From Planctomycetota bacterium (GTDB lineage Bacteria; Planctomycetota; GCA-002687715; CAIWVZ01), in the NCBI GenBank assembly GCA_044222185.1, contig JBGANV010000001.1, positions 800,001 to 864,000 of the forward strand: a stretch of 64,000 nt of DNA, in the 5' to 3' direction. Below the pieces are notes generated by a model. That model ran no database searches. It had not been told where the DNA came from and saw only the letters and a list, made by a program, of their open reading frames with translations. Made by a program: the position numbers and the translations under genes. Shown piece after piece: positions 44,378 to 53,449 of this stretch; position 1 is the first letter of the stretch; the number at the start of each line of letters is the position of its first letter.

Positions 44378-44953
44378 ATGTCAAAGAAACTGTTCGTTGG
44401 CGGGCTTTCCTGGAACACGACCTCGGATCAGCTCAAGGAGGCCTTCGCCACCATGGGGCCGGTGACGGATGCCGTCGTCATCACGGATCGCGAAACCGGT
44501 CGTTCGCGCGGATTCGGGTTCGTGACATATGGCACCGAGGCCGATGCGATGAAGGCCCTGAACGAGCTCAACGGCACGATGCTCGACGGCCGCGCGATCA
44601 AGATCGACGCGGCGACTGAGCGCACCGGTGGGCCACGTCCAGGCGGTGGTGGCGGTGGGTTCCGGCCGTCGGGCGGCGCGCCCGGTGGCGGATTCTCCAG
44701 CGGGCCACGGGCGCCGCGGACGTTTGGTGCCGGGCCCGGGCCGGGAGGAGGCGGCGGCCCTGGAGCACGCTCGCCCCGGTCGTTCGGCGGCGGTGGGGGT
44801 GGCGGCGGCCCGCCGCCTTCGGGTGGTGGTGGGCGCAGCGAGCGCAGCCGTCGCGACCGTCATGAGCGCCAGGACTCTGAAGACGGCGGCGGACGCAAGG
44901 GGAACCCCAATCGGCGTTGGGAGCAAGAGGGAATCGACGACGACGAAGACTGA
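44378..44953 (+). CDS. RRM RNA-binding protein with Gly/Arg-rich tail
   Basis: RNP2 LFVGGL, RNP1 RGFGFV, DRETGRSRG; low-complexity Gly tail and acidic end. Confidence 0.95.
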   Translation: MSKKLFVGGLSWNTTSDQLKEAFATMGPVTDAVVITDRETGRSRGFGFVTYGTEADAMKALNELNGTMLDGRAIKIDAATERTGGPRPGGGGGGFRPSGGAPGGGFSSGPRAPRTFGAGPGPGGGGGPGARSPRSFGGGGGGGGPPPSGGGGRSERSRRDRHERQDSEDGGGRKGNPNRRWEQEGIDDDED

Positions 44954-45026
44954 GCAGCGCCGCCCGACGGCCGTCCCTCCGACACCGTCGGACCCGACCC
45001 TCGTCTCACGTCACGCGGCGTAGCGC

Positions 45027-46541
45027 TCAGCGCTGCGCCGGAGCTCTTTCGACACGCGCCCGGTGGAAACACTCGAGGTGCGTGCCGAAATCGAATCCTC
45101 CCTCGGCTCGCCCACCAAGATCCGTCTCGCTGAACGTGATCGCACGAAGTCGTTCGAGCGAGCGGGCGCCATCCTCGAAGGGTACGCGACCGATCTGGGA
45201 GCGGTGGCACAGGATGCCCTTCCGCTTCGTCGTGCGCGTCGCCTCGTCCAGCTTCAGCAAGACGTTCACGTCGTCCCGCGGGATCTGGCACCACGGGCCC
45301 TCGAACGTCCAGACGTCGACACTTCCGCCGTCCTCGGCGATCGTTCGCCGGATCGCTTCCTCGACCGTGAGGCGGCAGAGACGGTGTGTCGGATGCGGAT
45401 CGAACCGCGACGGGACTAGGACCGCAGCTGGGCGGATTTCGCGGAGAAGGCGCAGTACGTCGTCCACGTCTGCGGGCTCGAGAACGCCCGACGTGTAGGC
45501 GCGAGCGCGGAGGAAGCGCGGCTCGGCCCCGAGTATCTGCGCCTCTTCGGTTGCTTCCGCTTCACGAAGCCGGGCGCCCGCGACTTCGTCGAGGCCGCCA
45601 GCCGCGCGGGCGCCGGTCGAGAACGTCGCGATGACCTTCCGCGTCCCAACCGGGAGCGAAAGAAGGAGGCCGCCACACGAGATGCTCGCGTCATCCGGAT
45701 GAGGTGCGACCGCGAGCACCGGCCCGCCGGTGGGCACGGTGCCGTCGAGGAACCGGGCCATGGGGTGCGGCTCGGCGCGAACCTCGACGTCGTCGAGCCA
45801 GAGCTGTGCGGCCGCCCGGTCGAAGAACATCGTGACGTCGTCGTGCAGGCGGATGACGGAGGCGGGGCAACCGGGGTCGAGCGGACCCGCCAGCGCGGCG
45901 CGCACCGCTCGGGCCTTCGACTCGCCGCGAGCCACGAGGAACAGCTTCTTCGAGGAGGTGATCGTCGCCAGCCCGGCCGTGACGGCGACGGATGGGACCG
46001 GGGCGTCCCCGAAGCGGCCGGCGTGCGCGGCGCGAGTTGCCGGCGTGAGATCCGCGAGGTGGCTCCGGCTTCCGAAGGGTGTGCCTGGCTCGTTGAATGC
46101 GAGGTGCCCGTTCGTTCCGATCCCGAGCAGCGTGAGCGTCGCACGGGCGACGGCGAGATCCTGGCGCGCCGCGACATCCGCAGCCGTCGCGTCGATCGCG
46201 TGGAAGGTCCCCCGTCGAGGACCTGCGTCGGGAAAGAACGCCGCGCCGATCTCGGCCGCGAGTGACCCCGGGCCGCGCCGTGGGACGCCGCAGAACTCGT
46301 CGAGATGATGGAATTGGACGTGGCCGAAGTCGACCAGGCCAGTTTCCACCCGGGCGCGAGCGATCGCGAAGAACTCCGCGAACGTGGCGCCGCTCGCGAG
46401 GACGCAACGCGGTGACGGAGCGTCGATGAGGGTCGAGACGACGTGGGCGAGGACCGCTTCGTCGAGTTGGCGCCGATCGTCGAATACGAGGGCACGACAA
46501 GCGGCAGGCCAAGGCCAAGGGCGGACCACGTGGCAGGTCAT
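45027..46541 (-). CDS. nagB: Glucosamine-6-phosphate deaminase-like domain fused to a PIG-L family deacetylase
   Basis: LASGAT, HLDEF, LGIGTNGHLAFNEPG, GESKA, CPAS..LH; then PHPDD, DPHPTH, HRSQ. Confidence 0.88.
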   Translation of the reverse strand: MTCHVVRPWPWPAACRALVFDDRRQLDEAVLAHVVSTLIDAPSPRCVLASGATFAEFFAIARARVETGLVDFGHVQFHHLDEFCGVPRRGPGSLAAEIGAAFFPDAGPRRGTFHAIDATAADVAARQDLAVARATLTLLGIGTNGHLAFNEPGTPFGSRSHLADLTPATRAAHAGRFGDAPVPSVAVTAGLATITSSKKLFLVARGESKARAVRAALAGPLDPGCPASVIRLHDDVTMFFDRAAAQLWLDDVEVRAEPHPMARFLDGTVPTGGPVLAVAPHPDDASISCGGLLLSLPVGTRKVIATFSTGARAAGGLDEVAGARLREAEATEEAQILGAEPRFLRARAYTSGVLEPADVDDVLRLLREIRPAAVLVPSRFDPHPTHRLCRLTVEEAIRRTIAEDGGSVDVWTFEGPWCQIPRDDVNVLLKLDEATRTTKRKGILCHRSQIGRVPFEDGARSLERLRAITFSETDLGGRAEGGFDFGTHLECFHRARVERAPAQR

Positions 46542-46621
46542 GGCCGGATGATGGATGCACCCCGCACGGAGACAAGGCTGGGTCGCGTGTTGCTACGCTC
46601 GAACCTCAACGGAGTACGGGC

Positions 46622-46996
46622 ATGTCGATGAACTGGGCTCGAGTCGGAGCCGTCTGCGGGTTCCTCACGGTGGCGATCGGGGCTTTCGGTGCGCACGGGC
46701 TGAAGGTGCGACTGGCGGAGACCGGCTATGCGGAGCAATTCCAGACGGGCGTTCACTACCAGGCCATCCACGCCCTCGCCCTGCTTCTGAGTTCGAATGC
46801 AGCGAGGCCCGGACGCTGGCGTTCGGTGGCCGGTTGGGGGTTCCTCCTCGGGATCGTGTTGTTTTCCGGCAGCCTGTTCGTGCTCGGGGTCACGGGAGCG
46901 CGGTGGCTTGGCGCGGTGACCCCGTTCGGGGGCCTCGCGTTTCTCGCGGGCTGGGTCGGGCTGATCGCCGGCACGCGCGACCGCTCGACGGGTTGA
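46622..46996 (+). CDS. DUF423 (YgdD/TMEM256) membrane protein
   Basis: GAFGAHGL, TGVHYQ..HAL, LFSGSL, GAVTPFGG..F..GW. Confidence 0.93.
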   Translation: MSMNWARVGAVCGFLTVAIGAFGAHGLKVRLAETGYAEQFQTGVHYQAIHALALLLSSNAARPGRWRSVAGWGFLLGIVLFSGSLFVLGVTGARWLGAVTPFGGLAFLAGWVGLIAGTRDRSTG

Positions 46997-47002
46997 CCCG
47001 GA

Positions 47003-47392
47003 TCAGTCGCCGTGCGCGTCAGGGTTTCGGGCTCCGTGCCCGATCTCCCCGGTCCAGGCACGGCGGAGCGGGTCTGCGAGCGTCGTGCGCCACTTGGGAG
47101 CACGCGTCGACAGGTCCAGGAGTTTTGCGCGCATCGCGCTCTCGAGGTCCACGTCGTGGAGGGTCGCGAGCTCGCAAAGGCACGTGAGACAGTCTGCGAG
47201 TTCGCTCCCCAGAGCCGTGCGGTCCAGCTCCTTGCCGTATCCGTGGTGGTCCAGCACGAGGCGCGCCGCCTCGCCGACTTCCTCCGTCAGCGCGACGACG
47301 GACGCGAGCGGCGGATGATGAAGGTCGCGCAGGATCCTGCGCAGCGTCGATTGAACGGTCGCGAGCGTGAGGGCCGTCTCGGGTTGCGTCAT
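47003..47392 (-). CDS. MazG-like nucleotide pyrophosphohydrolase
   Basis: LTEEVGEAA...ELADCL...LA...VDLE; start overlaps the rsmG stop. Confidence 0.88.
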   Translation of the reverse strand: MTQPETALTLATVQSTLRRILRDLHHPPLASVVALTEEVGEAARLVLDHHGYGKELDRTALGSELADCLTCLCELATLHDVDLESAMRAKLLDLSTRAPKWRTTLADPLRRAWTGEIGHGARNPDAHGD

Positions 47393-48066
47393 CGTCCTGT
47401 CTCGTAGCGTGCCAGAAGGGAAGGTGAACCGGCTTCGTACGTGCACTCGGTCAGGGGCGTCATGCCCAGGCGCGCGGCGGTGCGCTCCCCATCGGCGCGT
47501 TCTTCCGCAGTGAGGCGTGCGGACTTCCAGGCGACGATCACCCCGTGGTTGCGGACGAGGAACGGCTCCGCGAGTTCGATCAGCTCGCTCAACGGTCCGA
47601 CGGCCCGTGCGACGACCGTATCGAACGATCGCAGCCGGGGCGATCGCTCCCGCACGAGGTCCTCTGTGCGACTCCACACCGCTTCCACGTTGCGTATGCC
47701 GAGGCGCGCGCAGATCTCCGCCACGGCCTCGACCTTCTTCTTCGTCCCATCGAGAAGTACGACCCGTGCCGTCGGATGGCAGATGGCGATTGGCACGCCG
47801 GGGAAACCGGCGCCCGAGCCCAGGTCCAGGAGCCGCCGCGGCGGTGTCCCGCCGGCGGCCAGGTGCCGTCCGAACGCAAGCGAATCGGCCAGGTGGCGTA
47901 TCAATCCCGCGTCGAAGTCCCTGATTGCCGTGAGGTTGAGTCGCCTGTTCGCGTCCAGCACCGCCGCGAGGTAGTCCGTGAGGAATGCGGCTTCCGTCGG
48001 CGTGATCGCGCGGCCGAGGAGCGTCGCCGCGAGGGGTGGGAGGGGTGGTCGGCCGGCAGTCGTCAC
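47389..48066 (-). CDS. rsmG: 16S rRNA m7G527 methyltransferase
   Basis: NLTAI, RHLADSL, DLGSGAGFPGVP, KK, ARAV; start uncertain (GTG 48066 or ATG 48132). Confidence 0.93.
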   Translation of the reverse strand: MTTAGRPPLPPLAATLLGRAITPTEAAFLTDYLAAVLDANRRLNLTAIRDFDAGLIRHLADSLAFGRHLAAGGTPPRRLLDLGSGAGFPGVPIAICHPTARVVLLDGTKKKVEAVAEICARLGIRNVEAVWSRTEDLVRERSPRLRSFDTVVARAVGPLSELIELAEPFLVRNHGVIVAWKSARLTAEERADGERTAARLGMTPLTECTYEAGSPSLLARYETGR

Positions 48067-48135
48067 GTTGTCCCGAAGCTTGAGCGCGCGTCCAGCGCCG
48101 TGGATACTGGCGCGGAGCCTAACTGGAGTCATCCC

Positions 48136-48903
48136 GTGAAGAAACTGTCGTTCCTCGCGTTCGCCATCCTGGTGTCCTCATTCGCCTTCGCGCAAGAGAA
48201 GCCCGCTGCGCCGACCGAGACGAAGCCGGTGGCGGTTGCCGCGACGAAGGTCGACGAGTCCCTGTTGAAGGGTCGCCAGATGGGTCAGGCCGTGCCGCTG
48301 GTCTTCGAGAAGGACAAGGAGATCTACGGCGCCCAGCTCAAGATGAAGGACTCGACGAAGCTCGCCGACGTCATGAAGGACCCGAAGACCTTCGAGGGCA
48401 AGGCCCTCCGCATGACGGCGACCATCGATTCGGTCTGCCAGAAGAAGGGCTGCTGGATGGTCCTGAAGGACGGCACGGCGGAGACGCGCGTGAAGTTCAC
48501 GGACTACAAGTTCTTCGTCCCGCTCGACGTCTCGGGCCGCACGGTCACCGTCGAAGGCAAACCGGAGGTGAAGGTGATCCCCGAGGCCATGCGCCGTCAC
48601 TACGCCCAGGACGCCGGAAAGTCGAAGGAAGAGATCGCGAAGATCGTCGGCGACGAGACGACCGTCGTGTTCATGGCAGACGCCGTCGAGATCGGCGGCA
48701 AGCCGTGCTGCGAGAAGCCGGCCGCGAAGGACGGATGCTGCGAGGATGGCGCCAAGGAGGGCACGAAGCCCGCTGGCGAGAAGAAGGATGCGCCGAAGGA
48801 GCCCGCCAAGAAGGATGGCGCCGCCGCCGAGGCGTGCGGCAGCTCGTGCAAGACCGAGGCCGGTAGCAGCGGCAGCTGCTGCGGCACCAAGAAGCCGAAC
48901 TGA
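48136..48903 (+). CDS. Exported DUF4920 protein with a Cys-rich C-terminal tail
   Basis: GGAG RBS before GTG; signal peptide; VCQKKGCWM, RVKF.DY.FFVP, HYAQDAGKS..EI. Confidence 0.88.
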   Translation: MKKLSFLAFAILVSSFAFAQEKPAAPTETKPVAVAATKVDESLLKGRQMGQAVPLVFEKDKEIYGAQLKMKDSTKLADVMKDPKTFEGKALRMTATIDSVCQKKGCWMVLKDGTAETRVKFTDYKFFVPLDVSGRTVTVEGKPEVKVIPEAMRRHYAQDAGKSKEEIAKIVGDETTVVFMADAVEIGGKPCCEKPAAKDGCCEDGAKEGTKPAGEKKDAPKEPAKKDGAAAEACGSSCKTEAGSSGSCCGTKKPN

Positions 48904-48928
48904 TCGCCCCGATCGCTGACGCGGCCGG

Positions 48929-49528
48929 TCATCTGCGCTCCAGGATCGCGCGGGTGCCGGCCACGATCGTGTCCAGGCCCGGTTGCCCGATGCGCCTTGC
49001 GGCGAGCTGAATCGCTTCGACGATCTCGTCATCGGTGGCGCCTGCGCGGCGCGCGCTGAGCGCATGGGCCGCGGTCTGACGTCCGGCCCCCATCGCCGCC
49101 AGGACAGGTAGCGCCGCCAGCTCCTTCACGCGCCAGGGCAAGTGCGCCCGGGCAAGCATTCGTCCGTAGCTGTCCTCGTAGATGGCGGCTTCCAGCGCCG
49201 GGTGAAGGGTGGCGAGTTCCTTGCGGATGCGCTCGGCCTTTTCCGCGTACACGAAGCCGAAGGCACTCGCAGCCGAGGCGAGACGGTCCGCGGGCGGGTC
49301 CACTTCGGTCGACGCTTTCGGGACGATCGCCCGCCAGGCCGTGAAGGCGAGGATGGCGCGCGGAACACCGCCGTACGGCTGGACGAGCAAGAGGGTCTCG
49401 TCGATGAATGCGGCGGGCGCACCCGCCAGACGGGCGCGCTGGAGCGCCGCCGCAACGTCGTCGGACGAGCCGGTGCAGGCCTCGAGAAACAGAGTCGCGA
49501 GCGCAGATTCGATCTCGGTCAACGCCAA
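48929..49528 (-). CDS. Carboxymuconolactone decarboxylase/AhpD-like fold protein
   Basis: ETLL....YGGVPRA, YG....R..L....KEL, H...A.RAGAT..EI.E. Confidence 0.8.
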   Translation of the reverse strand: MALTEIESALATLFLEACTGSSDDVAAALQRARLAGAPAAFIDETLLLVQPYGGVPRAILAFTAWRAIVPKASTEVDPPADRLASAASAFGFVYAEKAERIRKELATLHPALEAAIYEDSYGRMLARAHLPWRVKELAALPVLAAMGAGRQTAAHALSARRAGATDDEIVEAIQLAARRIGQPGLDTIVAGTRAILERR

Positions 49529-49529
49529 C

Positions 49530-50243
49530 TCAATTCACCTCGAAGCCTGGTTCGTTGCGGCGGGCGAGGTCCAGTTCGCCGGCCGTGAGCGAACCCGTTT
49601 CCACGGGCATTCCGGCATCCCGGATCCTCGCCACGATCGTGTCGGCGAGCTCTCCGGGATCGATCGTTCGACCAGTCAGCTCGTTCATGGCCGCGGTCTC
49701 CGATTGCAGCTCGGTCCGGGCGAGGATGATCGATCCATGTTGCAGGACCCAGCCGGGTCGGCGCCTCTGCGCCGAGCCGACGAGTTTGCGGCCACCCGCC
49801 ACGAGGTCGAGATGCGTGGCGCGTGCGAAGCACATGGTGTCGCGGGCGCGGGTCGCGCCGCTCTCGTCCTGCCGCGCCCCGACTTCAACGCCGTGCGTTG
49901 CCAGGGCAGCCGCGATCGGGGCATGGACGCGGTCGTAGGACTCGCGTGTCGATGTCTGTGCGATCCACGGGTGGTCGACAGGCAGGAGGACGGAGTAGGT
50001 GAGCTCGTGGTGATGCACGACGGCACCGCCTCCGGTCATGCGTTGGACGACCAGGTAACCGGCGCGGCGGAACTCCGTGCAGTCGAGCCCGCGCTGGAAC
50101 CAGCCGATCGAGACGGCAGGCGGTGCCCAACCATAGAAGCGAACGGTGGGCATGTGCGCGCTCTCGAGCAGAGCGGCGTCGACGGCCATGTTCCACGTCG
50201 GCCGGGACGCCTCGTAGGACAACAGACGCAGGCTCGTGTGCAT
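49530..50243 (-). CDS. Lipoate-protein ligase / octanoyltransferase family protein
   Basis: NMAVDAALL, RFYGW..PAVSIG.FQ, RMTGGGAVVH, CF, GRKLVGSAQ, LQHGSI. Confidence 0.92.
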   Translation of the reverse strand: MHTSLRLLSYEASRPTWNMAVDAALLESAHMPTVRFYGWAPPAVSIGWFQRGLDCTEFRRAGYLVVQRMTGGGAVVHHHELTYSVLLPVDHPWIAQTSTRESYDRVHAPIAAALATHGVEVGARQDESGATRARDTMCFARATHLDLVAGGRKLVGSAQRRRPGWVLQHGSIILARTELQSETAAMNELTGRTIDPGELADTIVARIRDAGMPVETGSLTAGELDLARRNEPGFEVN

Positions 50244-50275
50244 CGGTCAGCCGTGGGCGCGCGATGGCGCCCGCA

Positions 50276-51700
50276 TCAGCGCGCGGAGGCGTCCGGCTTC
50301 CAGCGGAGATCCAGCTGCCGGGCCGCGAGCGTCTCGTTCAGCCGGCGGACGGGCGTCGTGTGGGGTGCGCTCTTCACGAGGTCCGGCGTGTCGTGCGCCT
50401 CCTTGATGACCTGCTTCATGGTGGCGATGAAGCGATCCAGTTCGACCTGCGGCTCCGTTTCCGTGGGCTCGATCATGATCGCCCCACGAACCATGATGGG
50501 GAAGTAGACCGTGGGCGGATGGAATCCGTAGTCGATGATCCGCTTCGCGAGGTCGCCTGTGATCACTCCGTTCGGGAGGTTCTTGTCGGTGAAGACGACC
50601 TCGTGGAGCGTGGGCGTCCTGTACGGGAGGTGCAGGTCGTTCTCGAGGTGCTTGCGGAGGTAGTTGGCGTTCAGCGTCGCTTCTTCGCTGACTTCGCGGA
50701 GTCCCTGGCCGCCCAGGCTGCGAATGTAGGTCCACGCCCGGATGAACATGCCCCACTGTCCCAGGTACGCCTTCACCGGACCGATGCTCTCGGGCCGTCC
50801 TGACTCGGACGCGAACGGCGCAAGCTTGTCGTTGAACCCGATGGGGCCTGCACCGGGTCCGCCGCCGCCGTGGGGCGTCGTGAACGTCTTGTGCAGGTTG
50901 AAGTGCATCACGTCGGCACCGATCTTCCCCGGCTGGAAGATGCCCATGATCGCGTTGAAGTTGGCGCCGTCCATGTAGACGAGCCCACCGGCCTTGTGGA
51001 TCGCGTCCGCGACCTTCGTGAAGTCACGCTCGCAGATCCCGAGAGTGTTCGGATTCGTCACCATGATGCCGGCGACGTCGTCCTTCAGGTGGGGCGTCAC
51101 GTCTTCGAGGCGGAGGAAGCCGTCCGGGCCGCTGGGGATCTGTTTGCACTCGAACCCCGCCATCGCCGCGGATGCCGGGTTCGTCCCGTGAGCCGTGTCG
51201 GGGATGAGCATCACCTTCTTGTGGCTCAGTCCGTGGTGGTCGAGATACGCCTTCATCATGAACACGGCGGCGAGCTCGCCCTGGGCGCCGGCTGCGGGCA
51301 GCAACGACACCTGGTCGAAGCCGCTGACTTCCGCCAGGTCTTTCGCGAGCTCGGCCATGACCTGCGTGTGGGCCTTGCGGAACTCCGCGGGCCAGTACGG
51401 GTGGACGTTTGCGAAATGGGGGTCGGCCGCCACCTTCTCGTTGACCACCGGGTTGTGCTTCATCGTGCAACTACCCAGCGGGTACATGCCCCGATTGATG
51501 TCGAAGTTCATCGTCGACAACCGGGTGTAGTGACGGATGACGTCGATTTCGCTCGCCTGCTCCATGCCTCCGCACCCGTCGGTGCGGCGCGGCAGGTCGA
51601 GGGGGATCGAGTCGACGGCGGAGTTCTCACCGACGACGCGGAAGCCCGGCTGGGACGACGTCGCGCGGTGGAAGATGGGGCGTTCAGGAATCGTGAACAA
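50276..51700 (-). CDS. gcvPB: Glycine dehydrogenase (decarboxylating) subunit 2
   Basis: RHYTRLS, YPLGSCTMK, AHGTNPASA, HFNLHKTFTTPHGGGGPG, MIEPTETE. Confidence 0.97.
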   Translation of the reverse strand: MFTIPERPIFHRATSSQPGFRVVGENSAVDSIPLDLPRRTDGCGGMEQASEIDVIRHYTRLSTMNFDINRGMYPLGSCTMKHNPVVNEKVAADPHFANVHPYWPAEFRKAHTQVMAELAKDLAEVSGFDQVSLLPAAGAQGELAAVFMMKAYLDHHGLSHKKVMLIPDTAHGTNPASAAMAGFECKQIPSGPDGFLRLEDVTPHLKDDVAGIMVTNPNTLGICERDFTKVADAIHKAGGLVYMDGANFNAIMGIFQPGKIGADVMHFNLHKTFTTPHGGGGPGAGPIGFNDKLAPFASESGRPESIGPVKAYLGQWGMFIRAWTYIRSLGGQGLREVSEEATLNANYLRKHLENDLHLPYRTPTLHEVVFTDKNLPNGVITGDLAKRIIDYGFHPPTVYFPIMVRGAIMIEPTETEPQVELDRFIATMKQVIKEAHDTPDLVKSAPHTTPVRRLNETLAARQLDLRWKPDASAR

Positions 51701-52997
51701 CGGATTTCACCTCGTCCAGGATCGCGGCCATGTCGGGATGGTGCACTTCGGTCGTGTTGATCAGGTAGTGGTGTTCGAGGTCGGGGTACCACCGCGCCAT
51801 GGGTACGCCGAAAAGGAACCCGCGGCGCCGGAGGTCGTCGTACAGCTTGGGGCGTGCCCGCGCGTCGACGACGAACTCGTTGAAGACGGCGCCGGAGAAC
51901 GGGAGCTTCAGGCCCAGGCGTTTCAGGCCATCGGCGAGGAATCGGGCGCTGCGGGCGTTCTTCTCGGCCAGCTCGACGAGGCCGGCGCGACCGAGCAGGG
52001 ACATGTAGACCGTCGCGCGAAGACACATGAGACCTGACGACGTGCAGATGTTGCTCGTGGCTTTCTCGCGGCGGATGAACTGTTCGCGTGTGGCGAGCGT
52101 GATGCAGAACGCCTCGCGGCCGTCGGCGTCCACGGTGCGGCCGACGAGCCGGCCGGGCATCTGGCGAACGTTCTCCTTGCGCGTCGCGAAGAAGCCTGCC
52201 GTGGGACCGCCGAGCTGCATGGGGATCCCGAAGCTCTGGCAGTCGCCGGTTGCGACCTGGACCGGCAGCGGCGGAAGGATTGCCATCGAGAGCGCTTCGT
52301 TGCAGACCGAGATCCCGAAGGCATCCGGGTCGAGGCCCGCCGCATCTTCGACGACGCCGAAGAAGTTGGGGCTCTGCAGCACGATCGCCGCCGCCGATTT
52401 CTGCGCATCCTTCGACAAGGTGATGCGCGTGCGCCCGGTGGCACGGTCGACGGGCAGAAGCTCGATCGCGACGTCGTGAAAGCGCAGGAACGTCTTTAGG
52501 ACGGCGCGGTACTCGGGATGAACGGCTTCGCTGACGTAGACGTTGGTGCGCTCGGGGTGGAGCCTCATCGCCATCAGTACGGCCTCGGCGAGGCTCGTGC
52601 TGCCGTCGTACATTCCGCCGTTCGCGATCTCCTGGCCGCTGAGCATCGCCATGTACGTCTGGAACTCGTAGTACATGTTGAGCGTGCCCTGGGCGATCTC
52701 GGGCTGGTACGGCGTGTAGCTCGTCACCCATTCGCTCCGCGCGCACAGGTGATCGACGGGCGTGGGGATCACGTGCGAGTAGAGACCGGCGCCCACGAGT
52801 GAAACGCGCGGCGTCGGACCCTTCATCTGATCGAGCTTGCGGAGAAGGTCGGCCTCGGGAAGCGGGCCTTCGATGGCGAGCGGGCGCTTCATCCGCATTT
52901 CGGCTGGGATCGACGCGAGGAGTGCCTCGACGTCGCGAGCGCCGATGGCCTTCAGCATGGCCTCGCGGGACTGGGCTGTGGTGGCGCTGTAGCGCAT
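51684..52997 (-). CDS. gcvPA: Glycine dehydrogenase (decarboxylating) subunit 1
   Basis: TSYTPYQPEIAQGTL, MYDGSTSLAEA, PGRLVG, TREQFIRREKATSNICT. Confidence 0.97.
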   Translation of the reverse strand: MRYSATTAQSREAMLKAIGARDVEALLASIPAEMRMKRPLAIEGPLPEADLLRKLDQMKGPTPRVSLVGAGLYSHVIPTPVDHLCARSEWVTSYTPYQPEIAQGTLNMYYEFQTYMAMLSGQEIANGGMYDGSTSLAEAVLMAMRLHPERTNVYVSEAVHPEYRAVLKTFLRFHDVAIELLPVDRATGRTRITLSKDAQKSAAAIVLQSPNFFGVVEDAAGLDPDAFGISVCNEALSMAILPPLPVQVATGDCQSFGIPMQLGGPTAGFFATRKENVRQMPGRLVGRTVDADGREAFCITLATREQFIRREKATSNICTSSGLMCLRATVYMSLLGRAGLVELAEKNARSARFLADGLKRLGLKLPFSGAVFNEFVVDARARPKLYDDLRRRGFLFGVPMARWYPDLEHHYLINTTEVHHPDMAAILDEVKSVVHDS

Positions 52998-53051
52998 GGA
53001 TCGTTCACCCTCCGGCGCCGGGCGCCGGGTGCTTGGTCTATTGGGCTTGGC

Positions 53052-53441
53052 TCAATGTTTCTCGGCGTCGACGACCTTCTGATAGGCCGCATCGTCGAGG
53101 AGGTTGTTGATCTCCGACGGCTTCTCGATCCGGATCTTCAGCATCCAGCCGTTGCCGTAGGGGTCCTTCGCGAGGAGGTCCAGCTCTTCCATCAGACGTT
53201 CGTTGCGTTCGACGACCTCGCCCGTCATGGGCGCGTAGAGGTCGGAGACGGCCTTCACGGACTCGATCTCTCCGAACGGTTCGTTCTGCTGGATGTCGGT
53301 TCGGACCTCGGGCAGGTCGAGGAAGACGAGATCGGAGAGGTGCGACACGGCGAAATCGGTGATGCCGATGAAGGCGAACTCACCCTCGACGCGGACCCAC
53401 TCGTGGGACTTGAGGTATCGCAGGTTCTTCGGACGGGCCAT
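53052..53441 (-). CDS. gcvH: Glycine cleavage system H protein
   Basis: HEW, GITDFA, IESVKAVSD (lipoyl Lys), DPYGNGW; AGGAG RBS. Confidence 0.97.
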   Translation of the reverse strand: MARPKNLRYLKSHEWVRVEGEFAFIGITDFAVSHLSDLVFLDLPEVRTDIQQNEPFGEIESVKAVSDLYAPMTGEVVERNERLMEELDLLAKDPYGNGWMLKIRIEKPSEINNLLDDAAYQKVVDAEKH

Positions 53442-53449
53442 CGTGAAGA

